Shown here piece by piece: positions 23,750-37,002 of a stretch of 64,000 nt of DNA. A program made the position numbers and the translations under genes. Below the pieces are notes generated by a model. That model was given only the letters and a program-made list of their open reading frames with translations. It searched no databases and was not told the origin of the DNA. The DNA lies in NCBI GenBank assembly GCA_002269645.1, contig NIVC01001519.1, positions 124,001 to 188,000 on the forward strand, written 5' to 3'. Source of the stretch: Macrostomum lignano. Taxonomy: Eukaryota. Every line of letters begins with the position of its first letter. Position 1 is the stretch's first letter.

Positions 23750-26010
23750 ATGCTGTGGCGCTATGCTATTGGTAGGCGCGATCAGTATCTGATGCCTGAT
23801 CAGCTTAGTGTTGTGTACGAATCTGACAACTTTATTGTTATTAATAAGGAATTTGATTTGTCTGTTAATACCGCTTCGCGTTGGTTTAATCCATTGGCGC
23901 TTAATACACAGGTAAGGCTGAGTGCAAATATTGGATTTAAGATTCAACTTTTAAGTGATTTTAAAACGCAAAATATCCCATTAGACTACTTATGTTTCTG
24001 TAGTTAAATAGTTCTTTTTTGTCTAGTGGTTAGTGTTGGACTCACAACTGAAAGGTTGGGGGTTCGATGCCCCGATCACATCTGGAACATTTTCTGTCCC
24101 TACAAGACACTTAACTAGCTGCATTGATTCAGTTCACCTGAAAAATGGGTGCCACTGCCAGCATTAGCTGGGGTAATTGAGGGTGTGTGTGGACCTCCCA
24201 GTCCTTGGACTGAACAGTCGTACGCAGCCTTAAGATGCGCCGCGCAATAGCTGCGGCTGAGCTGTCGGTTGCATATCTTGCCCATTAGGAAAGGTGGAAT
24301 TTATATCGTATTATTATGAATTACTTGCTACTATCAGTAGAATTTAAGGATATGAGTCTATTTACCCCACATACTTAAATTTCAGTTTTTCAAAAACGTA
24401 TCTACATCAAAGATTGTCAAATTTTTTACCTTAATGACCAGATAGAGAACCTAAAGCATCACTTTAGGAGAGAGGAGAGAGGAGAGAGAGAAGAGAGGCG
24501 AGATTAGACAATTGAGAGAAGAGAGAGTAGGAAAGAGGAAAGGAGAGGAGAGAGTAGAGGAAGGGAGGGGAGAGGAGAGAAAAGAGGGGAGGGAGAGAAG
24601 AGAGGAGAGATTAGAGAATCAAGAGAAGAAGAGAGGAGTGAGGACATGAGAGAGAGAAAAGAGAAGAGAGGAGATTAGAGAAATGAGCGCTGAGAAGAGA
24701 TTAACATGGAGCCGGTCGGGTTGCTAATTGTGAAATCACGAGGGCCAGATAAAGAGAAGCTTTGCGGGCCGGAGTTTGCCGAGCCCTGCGCCTACATACC
24801 TACATAGTTCGATAAATTTTATTATCCCCGGCAACATTGTAGGTCTTCCTAGCTAAGCACCATCGCGCAGATCCCACCGCCTATCACTGGTACAGATTCT
24901 GTCACCAGATCGATCACGCCACTAGCGGTTTAATCCTGCTAGCCTACAGTCAAGACGCCGCTATGCGAGCTTCTAAAGCTTTTTTAAATCGTCGCGTTTT
25001 AAAACAATATTTGGCTATTGTTTGGGGTCATTTTGACACTAGAGATCACGTGACTGTTGACCGGCCAATCGGCTGGGATCGCTTAGACATTGCCGGTAGT
25101 GGAGATCTGCGCAAACACATGGTCACAGAGACGCACTATCGTTGTTTGGATCCGAAACCTGCGTTTAGCCAAGTTGTGCCGTTAGAACGAGGCCTGTACA
25201 ATGGCTTGCCCGCTACTAAAGTGCTACTGTTGTTGAAGCATGGCAGGACACATCAGCTGCGAGTGCACACGAGTTGCATTGGTTGGTTAACAAAACTTAT
25301 TGTTCTTGTGAAATCGCTTGCTTAGCAATTTACCGGAGGTTGAGATGTCCATTGAAACACTGCAATGAGACAGTGAGATGTCTGCTCAAAGACTGCAATG
25401 AGAGACAGTGAGATGTCTGCTCAAAGACTGCAATGAGAGACAGTGAGATGTCTGCTCAAAGACTGCAATGAGAGACAGTGAGATGTCTGCTCAAAGACTG
25501 CAATGAAGACAGTGAGGTGTCTGCTCAAAGACTGCAATGAGAGACAGTGAGATGTCTGCTCGAAGACATTAGATAGTGGGAGAGATGTCTGTTCAAAGAC
25601 ATTAGATAGTGGGAGAGATGTCTGCTCGAAGACATTAGATAGTGGGAGAGATGTCTGCTCGAAGACATTAGATAGTGGGCTCAAAGACATTAGATAGTGG
25701 GAGACATGTCTGCTCAAAGACTGCAATGAAAAGCGTTGAAACTCCCGCAGGCCATCCAATAGTCGGCGACGTGAAATACAGCCGACGCGAGGCCGACTTT
25801 CGCTGCCACCGCATGATGCTTCATGCCTACCGACTGCAGGCTCGATTGCCTCGTCTCAGCGAAACCATCGACTGTCTAGCTGAGGACCCGTTCGTGCCCG
25901 AATCCGATGCCAATTGGCAACCGGAGTCTGTGCAGAACGACTACGCTGTGTTTAAAGATTGCGCCCGGATATTAGAGAGTGGCGAACAACTCACTGTTGA
26001 TAAGCTGTAG
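23750..26010 (+). CDS. RPUSD1: RluA-family RNA pseudouridine synthase, RPUSD1-like (~286 aa; start could be upstream at ~23675)
   Basis: Exons 23750-23911, 24843-25281, 25751-26010; motifs VVYESDNFIVINK, RFCHQIDHATSG (catalytic Asp), KQYLAIV, GRTHQLRVH, GHPIVGDVKY, RMMLHA. Confidence 0.92.
24019..24322 (+). mobile_element. tRNA-derived SINE with CORE-like domain (copy 1) in RPUSD1 intron 1
   Basis: A-box TAGTGGTTAG, B-box GGTTCGATGCC (24061), CAAGACACTTAAC...AAAATGGG core, 3' tail shared with 4262-4515. Confidence 0.8.
24421..24788 (-). mobile_element. Charlie-like hAT non-autonomous fragment carrying a GA/CT low-complexity tract
   Basis: End CAGGGCTCGGCAAACTCCGGCCCGC (minus strand); shares GGCCCTCGTG, TTCACAAT and GGTTCTCTATCT..AGGTAAAAA with 44484-45050. 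Confidence 0.6.
25360..25730. repeat. Mixed 35-bp/33-bp minisatellite (GAGATGTCTGCTC core) in RPUSD1 intron 2
   Basis: Direct sequence. Confidence 0.93.
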
Positions 26011-26299
26011 CAAGAGTGATCGTCTATCAAGTTAGATAGTTGGACATTTTATTGTTGTGTCTATGATGTGACCACCTACTTCAAGTAGAATCTAGATTAT
26101 ATAAAAAATATGCATTTTTCTGTCTAGCTAAATTCGTTTTAGCTGTATCTAAGTGTGCAGAAATGGAATTTGGATTATGATTGCTGTGCTGACTTGTTGA
26201 TTCTGCTACAAATCAGAATGTACCATTTGAAATAGATAATCTTTTGTTTTTATATTTGTCAGTTAAGAAACTTAGCCGACTAAAAATTAGTCTGTCGCC

Positions 26300-26860
26300 C
26301 TCCCAGACCCTCAATTTCTGGGCCAACAGCCTCCCAGATCCTCAGTTGCTGGGTCACCAGCCTTCCAGATCCTCAGTTGCTGGGCCAGCCTTCCAGATCC
26401 TCAGTTGCTGGGCCAGCCTTCCAGATCCTCAGTTGCTGGGCCAACAGCCTCCCAGATCCTCAGTTGCTGGGTCACCAGCCTTCCAGATCCTCAGTTGCTG
26501 TGTGCCACCCTCCAAGATCCTCAGTTGCTGGGCCAGCCTCCCAGATCCTCAGTTGCTGGGCCAGCCTTCCAGATCCTCAGTTGCTGGGCCAGCCTTCCAG
26601 ATCCTCAGTTGCTGGGCCAGCCTTCCAGATCCTCAGTTGCTGGGCCAGCCTCCCAGATCCTCAGTTGCTGTCCAGGCCTCCCAGATCCTCAGTTGCTGTC
26701 CAGGCCTCCCAGATCCTCAGTTGCTGTCCAGGCCTCCCAGATCCTCAGTTGCTGTCCAGGCCTCCCAGATCCTCAGTTGCTGTCCAGGCCTCCCAGATCC
26801 TCAGTTGCTGTGTGCCACCCTCCAAGATCCTCTGTTTCTGGGCCAGCCTTCCAGATCCCC
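26300..26860 (+). repeat. CCAGATCCTCAGTTGCT-family minisatellite (locus 1), upstream of the SSB-like gene
   Basis: Direct sequence; ~25-32 bp variable units. Confidence 0.95.
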
Positions 26861-26951
26861 AAAATCAGTAGCTTCCCTAATACCTCTATTAGAACATGCA
26901 GTTACTTTTGCCAAATTGGTGAATGCTAGCGAATGCTGTAGATAGAATCTG

Positions 26952-27641
26952 ATGATCAAACATTTTCATTTATGCAAGCAATCGAGCAGTGAAACAATGC
27001 TCCTGTCGCCGCTATCTGCAGCTGTCAATCAGCTATCCCGTCGCGTAGGCGGCCAATCTGTTGTTTCCATGGCAACAGCTGTTCGCCTCCTGTGCAGCGG
27101 TTCAAAATCGGCCGTGGAGCAGTCGGAGCCAGAAGACCCAAGCTCGATTCCCGAGTCCAAGCAGAGCCCGTCTTCAAAAAAGTTTCGCTACAGTTTTCTT
27201 GGCGGCGATCACAACGAGATCTCCTTAGTTGGCACCGTTACCAAGGTGACAGAGAAGGAGCGAAATAAAAGTACAGGCGCCGAGCCCTACTGCGTACTGA
27301 GCGTTGTAACGCTGCACCGTTACAAGGATCGCAATGGCCGATTCCACGTCATCAATAGCCATCATCGAGTGTCATCCTTCAACTCAAATATTATTAGAAT
27401 TGCCCGGCTCACTAATCCAGGCGACAGAATCTTTGTGGTCGGCAGGTTGGAGTATTTCTTTGTTAATCAACAACGCGTGGCCACTCTGACTCCAACTAGA
27501 ATGGTGCCGATGCTGCCGAAGACGCTGAATCGAGCCCCGGACCTACTGTCGGCTAATGATTTGTCTCCGACTGATCAAGAGGATGAAGATGGCTACGAGT
27601 ATCAGTTTGATGCCGAGCATAAGGCTGAGTCTGCCGTTTGA
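26952..27641 (+). CDS. Single-stranded DNA-binding protein (OB fold), mitochondrial SSB-like, intronless, 229 aa
   Basis: NEISLVGTV, VLSVVT, HHRVSSF, PGDRIFVVGRLEY align with SSB/SSBP1 motifs; Arg/Ser/Leu-rich N-terminus resembles a transit peptide. Confidence 0.75.
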   Translation: MIKHFHLCKQSSSETMLLSPLSAAVNQLSRRVGGQSVVSMATAVRLLCSGSKSAVEQSEPEDPSSIPESKQSPSSKKFRYSFLGGDHNEISLVGTVTKVTEKERNKSTGAEPYCVLSVVTLHRYKDRNGRFHVINSHHRVSSFNSNIIRIARLTNPGDRIFVVGRLEYFFVNQQRVATLTPTRMVPMLPKTLNRAPDLLSANDLSPTDQEDEDGYEYQFDAEHKAESAV

Positions 27642-27754
27642 TAATTGGTTATTTTGTTATGCGCTGATTGCTGGAACTATATTTTAGGATTAAAAATATT
27701 TATGGCTATTGGAGGTTTCTTAAGTGCCATTTACAAAATTTTGTCAAGTTTTTG

Positions 27755-28457
27755 CGCTGTAAACAGTTACTGTTATGCTGTCATAGAGAGTAAAGCTGTA
27801 CAGTAATGCTGTAAACAGTTACTGTATTGCTGTCATAGAGAGTAAAGCTGTACAGTAATGCTGTAAACAGTTACTGTATTGCTGTCATAGAGAGTAAAGC
27901 TGTACAGTAATGCTGTAAACAGTTACTGTATTGCTGTCATAGAGAGTAAAGCTGTACAGTAATGCTGTAAACAGTTACTGTATTGCTGTCATAGAGAGTA
28001 AAGCTGTACAGTAATGCTGTAAACAGTTACTGTATTGCTGTCATAGAGAGTAAAGCTGTACAGTAATGCTGTAAACAGTTACTGTATTGCTGTCATAGAG
28101 AGTAAAGCTGTACAGTAATGCTGTAAACAGTTACTGTATTGCTGTCATAGAGAGTAAAGCTGTACAGTAATGCTGTAAACAGTTACTGTATTGCTGTCAT
28201 AGACAGTAAAGCTGTACAGTAATGCTGTAAACAGTTACTGTATTGCTGTCATAGACAGTAAAGCTGTACAGTAATGCTGTAAACAGTTACTGTTATGCTG
28301 TCATAGAGAGTAAAGCTGTACAGTAATGCTGTAAACAGTTACTGTTTTGCTGTCATAGACAGTAAAGCTGTACAGTAATGCTGTAAACAGTTACTGTTTT
28401 GCTGTCATAGACATTCGCTGTACAGTAATGCTGTAAACAGTACTGTATTGCTGTCAT
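27755..28457. repeat. 52-bp tandem repeat, ~13.5 near-identical copies
   Basis: GTAAACAGTT recurs at 27759, 27811, 27863...; each unit holds the inverted pair TTACTGTA/TACAGTAA. Confidence 0.97.
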
Positions 28458-29320
28458 TGGCTGTAGAACTGTGGCTGTTTGCCAAGCTGCTAGAACCCCA
28501 ACAAGTCTCATTGTGTTACCATAGCAATAAATATTATTTTCTTAATTTTTTATCTCAAAAATTGTTAAAAAGGTAATTTCGCATTTTTTCTATGACGTAT
28601 TTATCAAACATTCTATTAATAAACAACCCCGTTTTTTTCAAAAAAATAATTATGCAGTCTAGCAATTCAATTTTCAATAGTTTTTTCTCCTTCACTAACA
28701 AGGCGCAATTGAAATTTTACTAAAAAACAAAATGGCATCAACGTCGCATTTCTTTGAAAAGGAATTATTATTCAGCAGAAGAAGGATTTAATTATTTTGT
28801 AGGTTAGTCATAGTTTCAGAATAGACTCTGTTTTGAACTCTGGTTGCCTGTACAGTGCCACAATGCTAGCTGATGTTGCTTCAGTACTCAACTCTTCTCT
28901 CTCTCCTCTCTCTCTGCATCACTCAGTACACTGCTCTGCGATCTGCTCTCTCTGAAAGATGCAGGCAAGCTGAAAGCAAACTGCAGGCTGTGAGGCTTGT
29001 AGATGCGGTGAGCTGTTCCACTGTCTCCTTCTCTCCCTTCCCCTCCCCTGTCCCTCTTCCGTAAGTCTGGGTCCCCGCAACCAACCACAGTTTTTTACGT
29101 ACCAGTTTTATGCGGGTTTTTTGGGGGGTGGGGGTGTGGGGGGAGAGACGAGTATGGACTCGTCCAGAACTGGAGGTTGGTGGTGTGCTTTTGAGTTCAT
29201 ATATATATATATATATATATAAGCGCTTGGGTCTTTTTCATACTCTTGCCTTTCTGCGCTCGACTATCAAAACACACAATTACACTAAAGCTATAGTTTA
29301 GATACAGAGAGAAAGTTATC

Positions 29321-30875
29321 ATGAACAAGCCTAAGCAATACGATTGGAAGGATAGTAATTTGGCTCTGTTTGGCTCCGACACTGAGCGGCAGGTTAAGAG
29401 TAAGATCTAAATAGTAGCTTTTATATCGTCTGTGTTTTTTAGTCTGATTCTAATTATATGCTTCTTTTCTATTTATTAATTTTGCAGAGGAATCCGCTGA
29501 GAAGGAGCCAGCGTGGAAGCCCGTTCTGGAAGCGCAGAAGCCTCAACTATATGTGTGGCGTATCGAGGTAAGTAATTTAATAGTATGCTTTCATATTATT
29601 TCCTTAAAATATCGTTTTATGCCATCGCCGTCCTAAGCTTAGCCTAAACTGCAATAATTGCCTTAACCTCATCGATAATCTCAATAGCCTAATCGATAAT
29701 CTCCTTAGCCTGATCGATAATCTCATTAACTTCATCGATAATCTCATTGGCCTCATCGATAATCTCATTAACCTCATCGAAAATCTCATTAGCCTCATCG
29801 ATAATCTCCTTAGCCTGATCGACAATCTCATTAGCCTCATCGATAATCTCCTTAGCCTGATCGATAATCTCATTAACCACATCGATAATCTCAATAGCCT
29901 AATCGATAATCTCCTTAGCCTGATCGATAATCTCATTCGCCTCATCGATAATCTCCTTAGCCTCATCGATAATCTCATTAACCTCATCGATAATCTCCTT
30001 AGCCTGATCGATAATCTCATTAGCCTCATCGATAATCTCATTAGCCTCATTGATAATCGCCTTAGCCTCATCGATAATCTCAATAGCCTCATCGATAATC
30101 TCATTAGCCTCATCGATAATCTCATTAGCCTCATTGATAATCGCCTTAGCCTCATCGATAATCTCCTTAGCCTGATCGATAATCTCATTAGCCTCATCGA
30201 TAATCTCATTAGCCTCATTGATAATCTCCTTAGCCTAATCGATAATCTCAATAGCCCCATCGATAATCTCCTTAGCCTCATCGATAATTGCCTTAACCTC
30301 TTCTATAATTGTTAAGGTCAAAGAACTCAGCACCAAACTCATATATGCATATATTGCAGAACTTCAAAGTGGTGGAATGGCCCAGAGATTTGTACGGCAA
30401 ATTCTACAGTGGCGATTCTTACATCATCCTCAACGCCTACATGGAGGCTGACAAGCTCTGCTACGATGTGCACTTTTGGATTGGCAAAGAGAGCACGGCT
30501 GACGAGTATGGCACTGCCGCCTACAAGACTGTGGAGCTGGACACCCTGTTGGACGATTTGCCTGTGCAGCACAGGTAAATAGTGTTTAGCTGTCTTAGCC
30601 GGCCTGAGTTGTCCCGATAAATTTGATTTACCATGGCCAGTGTAAGCTACTGATAGTGGCAGATTGAACTGTTGGGCTATAAACTCTGCCTGCTGTGTCT
30701 GGCTAGTAAATAAAGACAGACTGGCAGACACTAAGAGAGGACACACTAAGACAGACAGACAGATGATAGACAGACACCAAGACTAGATAGACAGACAGAC
30801 ACAGACAGACAGATGATAGACAGACACCAAGACTAGATCGACAGACAGACACAGACAGACAGATGATAGGCAGAC

Positions 30876-30906
<31 letters not shown>

Positions 30907-31077
30907 CTAAAACAGGGCAGACAGAAAGACAGACACCAAGACAGGGCAAAAAGACAGACAGACACAGACAGACACCAAGACTAGATAGACAGACAGACAC
31001 AGACAGACAGATGATAGACAGACACAGACAGACAGACACTAAAACAGGACAGACAGACACAGACAGACACCAAGACA

Positions 31078-31118
<41 letters not shown>

Positions 31119-32073
31119 CAGACAGACGCCAAGACAAGACAGACAGACAGACAGACACTAAGACAGGGCAGACAGACACTAAGACAGACAGACACTAAAA
31201 CAGGGCAGACAGACAGACAGACACTAAGACAGGACAGACAGACAGACAGACACTAAGACAGGACAGACACAGACAGACACCAAGACAAGACAGACAGACA
31301 GACAGACACAACAGACAGACAAACATATACTTGTACGGGGCAGACAGGACAGACAGGATGACACTCAGACACATTTAAAAGCTAATACATAATACTCCGT
31401 CACTTGCAGGGAGGTCCAAGGCCACGAGAGTGCCCTGATGCGCAGCTATTTTCCTGAGATCACTTACCTAGCTGGCGGTTGTCCCAGCGGTTTCCGCAAC
31501 GTGACAACTCGCGAATATAAGCCTAGACTGCTGCACGTACGCGGCGAACGTCAGAATATTGTAGTAACTGAGGTGCCGCGTTCTCGTAAAGCTTTGGACA
31601 ACACGGACGTGTACATTCTGGACCTGGGCGATCGGGCCATCCAGTGGAACGGTAGCGGCGCCAATAAGAATGAGAAATTCAAGGCAGCTCAGTACTTGTC
31701 AAATTTGAAGAGCGAGCGCAATGGTAGGCTGGCTGCCAGCACTCTGGAGGAGGACGGAACACCTACTGAGGTGAGCGACTTACCCTGCGCTTCCATTCCA
31801 ATATATAAAATATATATAGTAGCAGCAACCTATGTGTGCAAATCATTTATTTCAGCACGAGTTCTACACGTCTCTGACTGACGAGGAGGTGGAACGGGAC
31901 TCTGCTAGCGGCGGCTCGCCTGGCGCTCAAAAGCGAATGATGAAGTGAGCTGATGTCAGGCAAACAGACAGACAGACAGGCAGGCAGACAGACAGACAGA
32001 CAGGCAGGCAGACAGGCAGGTAGACAGACAGGCAGGCAGGCAGACAGACGGGCAGGCAGACAGACGGGCAGGC

Positions 32074-32118
<45 letters not shown>

Positions 32119-33459
32119 GGCAGGCAGGTAGACAGGCAGACACACAGACAGACAGACAGACAGACGGACAGACAGGCAGACAGACAGACAGACAGACAGA
32201 CAGACACCCAGGCAGACAGACACCCAGGCAGACAGACACCCAGGCAGACAGACACCCAGGCAGACAGACACCCAGGCAGACAGACACCCAGGTAGACATA
32301 TCAACCGCCGTCAATTCATTTCAGACTGTCTGACGCCACTGGCAAGCTGAATTTCGACTTGGTTTCCACGGATTCGCTGAGCAAAAGCAACATCACTGAG
32401 GATGTAAGCGTTTACTGCCTCCATGTTTCCTTCATAGCAACCGTAACCATAGCAACTAAATTGACTTTGTCATTGCATCCCGCAGGACGTATTCATCATT
32501 GACAACGGTTTCGAAGTGTACGTCTACGTGGGAGAGAATGCCTCACTGACTGAACGTCACAACGCTCTGGCCTACGCTCACGTTAGTGACTAGTCTCGAT
32601 ATATTGTACATATGTAGTGCACTCGTATTGCACAGCAGCCCTGTTTCCTTGCTATAACACTAAGGACTAGCAGTCAAGTGTAAAAATGTCCTAATTATTT
32701 GACACTGGTAGCAAATGTGCGCGGTACTATGAAGTTCAAATTGGTTAGAAAGTTTTCCTTGAGAAGATTTGTTAATACCAGTAGGGCTGAAGTCAGTATT
32801 GTGCGTGATAGGGAGGCTGGGAGGCTGGCCTAGCAACTGATACTCTGGGAGGCTGGCCCAGCAACTGAGGATATGGGAGGCTGGCCCAGCAACTGAGAAT
32901 CTGCAGGAGGCTGGCCCAGCAAATGAGGATCTGGGAGGCTGGTGGCCCAGCAGCTGAGGATCTGGGAGGCTGGCCCAGCAACTGAGGATATGGGAGGCTG
33001 GTGGCCCAGCAACTGAGGATCTGGGAGGCTGGCCCAGCAACTGAGGATATGGGAGGCTGGTGGCCCAGCAACTGAGGATCTGGGAGCCTGGTGGCCCAGC
33101 AACTGAGGATCTGGGAGCCTGGTGGCCCTGCAACTGAGGATCTGGGAGGCTGGCCCAGCAACTGAGGATCTGGGAGGCTGGCCCAGCAACTGAGGATCTG
33201 GGAGCCTGGTGGCCCAGCAACTGAGGATCTGGGAGCCTGGTGGCCCAGCAACTGAGGATCGGGGGAATGAGTGGAGAATTTCTGCGCACGAGCCACTTTA
33301 CAACAGACCCTTCATATCTTTGCACCTGTAACTGTAACCCATAATTAACTCATATTGCAGAATTACCTACGCGACAGCGTCAACCCGTTGCTACCGGTTA
33401 CCGTGGTGACGCCGCAGGCCCCGGCCAAGACCAAGGCCGCCTTCAACGCCGTGTTTTAG
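29321..33459 (+). CDS. Gelsolin-like / severin-type three-domain actin-severing protein (~365 aa)
   Basis: Exons 29321-29399, 29488-29567, 30360-30574, 31410-31770, 31856-31944, 32325-32403, 32486-32581, 33361-33459 (1098 nt, frame kept); [78 protein letters not shown]. Confidence 0.95.
29655..30300. repeat. 21-bp minisatellite (TCGATAATCTCATTAGCCTCA), ~30 copies, gelsolin intron 2
   Basis: Direct sequence; source of repeat ORF 29604..30281. Confidence 0.96.
30715..31360. repeat. AGAC-based microsatellite, gelsolin intron 3
   Basis: Direct sequence. Confidence 0.96.
31958..32296. repeat. AGAC/AGGC microsatellite, gelsolin intron 5
   Basis: Direct sequence. Confidence 0.96.
32815..33260 (-). 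repeat. CCAGATCCTCAGTTGCT-family minisatellite (locus 2), gelsolin intron 7
   Basis: AGCAACTGAGGATCTGGGAGGCTGG units on the + strand. Confidence 0.95.
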
Positions 33460-34072
33460 AGCGGAACCAAAAGAAAATTTTGTCAAACGAAATTCCAAAA
33501 AGACAATTTTTGTGTTCAACCAAGAAATTTGTTGGGACCTCGAATATTTCATATTCATCTAATCTTCCTTTTTGTATATCCTTTAAAATTACACCGTTAT
33601 ATAAAAATCACCTTTATATATTGTCTTCTTGTAGCCTCTTTAACAGCTTCTAATACGCATTATTACCGAATAAGTGTGTCGCATTGTGTGTCATTATATA
33701 AAATGAACAATTCGTATTTAACCAGTTCAACTGCGTATTTTCTTATCCACTATTTGAAGGGCGGTACGTTTAAGAAATCTTCTTTACAGTCTGGAATTCA
33801 CCAAACGTTTATTGAGCGAATTGCGCGCTGTTTCGAATTGGTTACATTCTAGGAATTTCATTTTCACTTTTTCCAGCAGGTTTTGCTATTGAAATTAGTA
33901 ATATTTTTCGCAGGTAGAGAAACCCCTTAGGATCTTTAACTTTTGTTGTGGAATTTCTTTCAATATTTCTAAAAATTCACGCCCAAATACATTGGTTTGT
34001 ATTCCAGTTGCTTTGTCCGCCTCAGATTTCAATCTCAGTTTGTTCTTTTGCTATGACAAATCAATATTAGCC

Positions 34073-36930
34073 TGACTGACTGACTGACTGACTGACTGAC
34101 TGACTGACTGACTGACTGACTGACTGACTGACTGACTGACTGAATGACTGACTGACTGACTGACTGACTAACTGACTAACTGACTGACTCACTGACTGAC
34201 TGACTGACTAACTGACTGACTGACTGACTAACTGACTGACTGACTGACTGACTGACTGACTGAATGACTGACTCACTGACTGACTGACTGACTAACTGAC
34301 TGACTGACTGACTGAATGACTGACTGACTGACTGACTGAATGACTGACTGACTGACTGACTGACTAACTGACTGACTGACTGACTGAATGACTGACTGAC
34401 TGACTGACTGACTGACTGACTGACTGACTGACTGACTGACTGACTAACTGACTGACTGACTGACTGAATGACTGACTGACTGACTGACTGACTGACTGAC
34501 TGACTGACTGACTAACTGACTGACTGACTGACTGAATGACTGACTGACTGACTGACTGACTAACTGACTGACTGACTGACTGACTGACTGACTAACTGAC
34601 TGACTGACTGACTGAATGACTGACTGACTGACTGACTGACTAACTGACTGACTCACTGACTGACTGACTGACTAACTGACTGACTGACTGACTAACTGAC
34701 TGACTGACTGACTGACTGACTGACTGACTGAATGACTGACTCACTGACTGACTGACTGACTAACTGACTGACTGACTGACTGAATGACTGACTGACTGAA
34801 TGACTGACTGACTGACTGACTGACTAACTGACTGACTGACTGACTGAATGACTGACTGACTGACTGACTGACTGACTGACTGACTGACTGACTAACTGAC
34901 TGACTGACTGACTGAATGACTGACTGACTGACTGACTGACTAACTGACTGACTGACTGACTGACTGACTGACTAACTGACTGACTGACTGACTGAATGAC
35001 TGACTGACTGACTGACTGAATGACTGACTGACTGACTGACTGACTGACTGACTGACTGACTGACTGACTGACTGACTGACTGACTGACTAACTGACTGAC
35101 TGACTGACTGACTGACTGACTAACTGACTGACTGACTGACTGAATGACTGACTGACTGACTGACTGAATGACTGACTGACTGACTGACTGACTAACTGAC
35201 TGACTGACTGACTGAATGACTGACTGACTGACTGACTGACTGACTGACTGACTGACTGACTGACTAACTGACTGACTGACTGACTGAATGACTGACTGAC
35301 TGACTGACTGACTAACTGACTGACTGACTGACTGACTGACTGACTAACTGACTGACTGACTGACTGAATGACTGACTGACTGACTGACTGAATGACTGAC
35401 TGACTGACTGACTGACTGACTGACTGACTGACTGACTGACTGACTGACTGACTGACTGACTGACTGACTGACTAACTGACTGACTGACTGACTGAATGAC
35501 TGACTGACTGACTGACTGACTAACTGACTGACTGACTGACTGACTGACTGACTAACTGACTGACTGACTGACTGAATGACTGACTGACTGACTGACTGAC
35601 TAACTGACTGACTGACTGACTGACTGACTGACTGACTGACTGACTGACTGACTGACTGACTGACTGACTGACTGACTGACTGACTGACTAACTGACTGAC
35701 TGACTGACTGACTCACTGACTGACTGACTGACTGACTAACTGACTCACTGACTGACTGACTAACTGACTGACTGACTGACTGACTGACTGACTGACTGAC
35801 TGACTGACTAACTGACTGACTGACTGACTGACTGACTGACTGACTGACTGACTGACTGACTGACTGACTGACTGACTGACTGACTGACTGACTGACTCAC
35901 TGACTGACTGACTGACTGACTAACTGACTCACTGACTGACTGACTGACTGACTGACTAACTGACTGACTGACTGACTGACTGACTGACTGACTGACTGAC
36001 TGACTAACTGACTGACTGACTGACTGACTGACTGACTGACTGACTGACTGACTGACTGACTGACTGACTGACTGACTCACTGACTGACTGACTGACTGAC
36101 TAACTGACTCACTGACTGACTGACTGACTGACTGACTAACTGACTGACTGACTGACTGACTGACTGACTGACTGACTGACTGACTAACTGACTGACTGAC
36201 TGACTGACTGACTGACTGACTGACTGACTGACTGACTGACTGACTGACTGACTGACTGACTGACTGACTGACTGACTCACTGACTGACTCACTGACTCAC
36301 TGACTGACTGACTGAATCACTGACTGACTGACTGACTGACTGACTGACTGACTGACTGACTGACTGACTGACTGACTGACTGACTGACTGACTGACTGAC
36401 TGACTGACTGACTGACTGACTGACTGACTGACTGACTCACTGACTGACTCACTGACTCACTGACTGACTGACTGACTCACTGACTGACTGACTGACTGAC
36501 TGACTGACTGACTGACTGACTCACTGACTGACTGGCTGACTGACTGACTGACTGACTGACTGACTGACTGACTGACTGACTGACTGACTGACTGACTGAC
36601 TGACTGACTGACTGACTGACTGACTGACTCACTGACTCACTGACTGACTGACTGACTGACTGACTGACTGACTGACTGACTGACTGACTGACTGACTGAC
36701 TGACTGACTCACTGACTCACTGACTGACTGACTGACTGACTGACTGACTGACTGACTGACTCACTGACTCACTGACTCACTGACTCACTGACTGACTGAC
36801 TGACTGACTGACTGACTGACTGACTGACTGACTGACTGACTGACTGACTGACTGACTGACTGACTGACTGACTGACTGACTGACTGACTGACTGACTGAC
36901 TGACTGACTGACTGACTGACTGACTGACTG
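34073..36930. repeat. ~2.9-kb (ACTG)n microsatellite with ACTA/AATG/ACTC variants
   Basis: Direct sequence. Confidence 0.99.
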
Positions 36931-37002
36931 ATTTGATTGACTGATTTGATTGACTGATTTAGTTGACTGATTTAGTTGATTTTGATTGATTTGATTGATT
37001 TA

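Noticed and set aside
24019-24075. tRNA gene
   Set aside because: A and B boxes are present but no cloverleaf or acceptor stem; it continues into a SINE body with a second copy elsewhere.
27755-28457. CRISPR-like appearance of regular arrays (also 2286-2742 and 53580-54380)
   Set aside because: Units are contiguous and near-identical with no unique spacers, no cas genes, and the context is eukaryotic.
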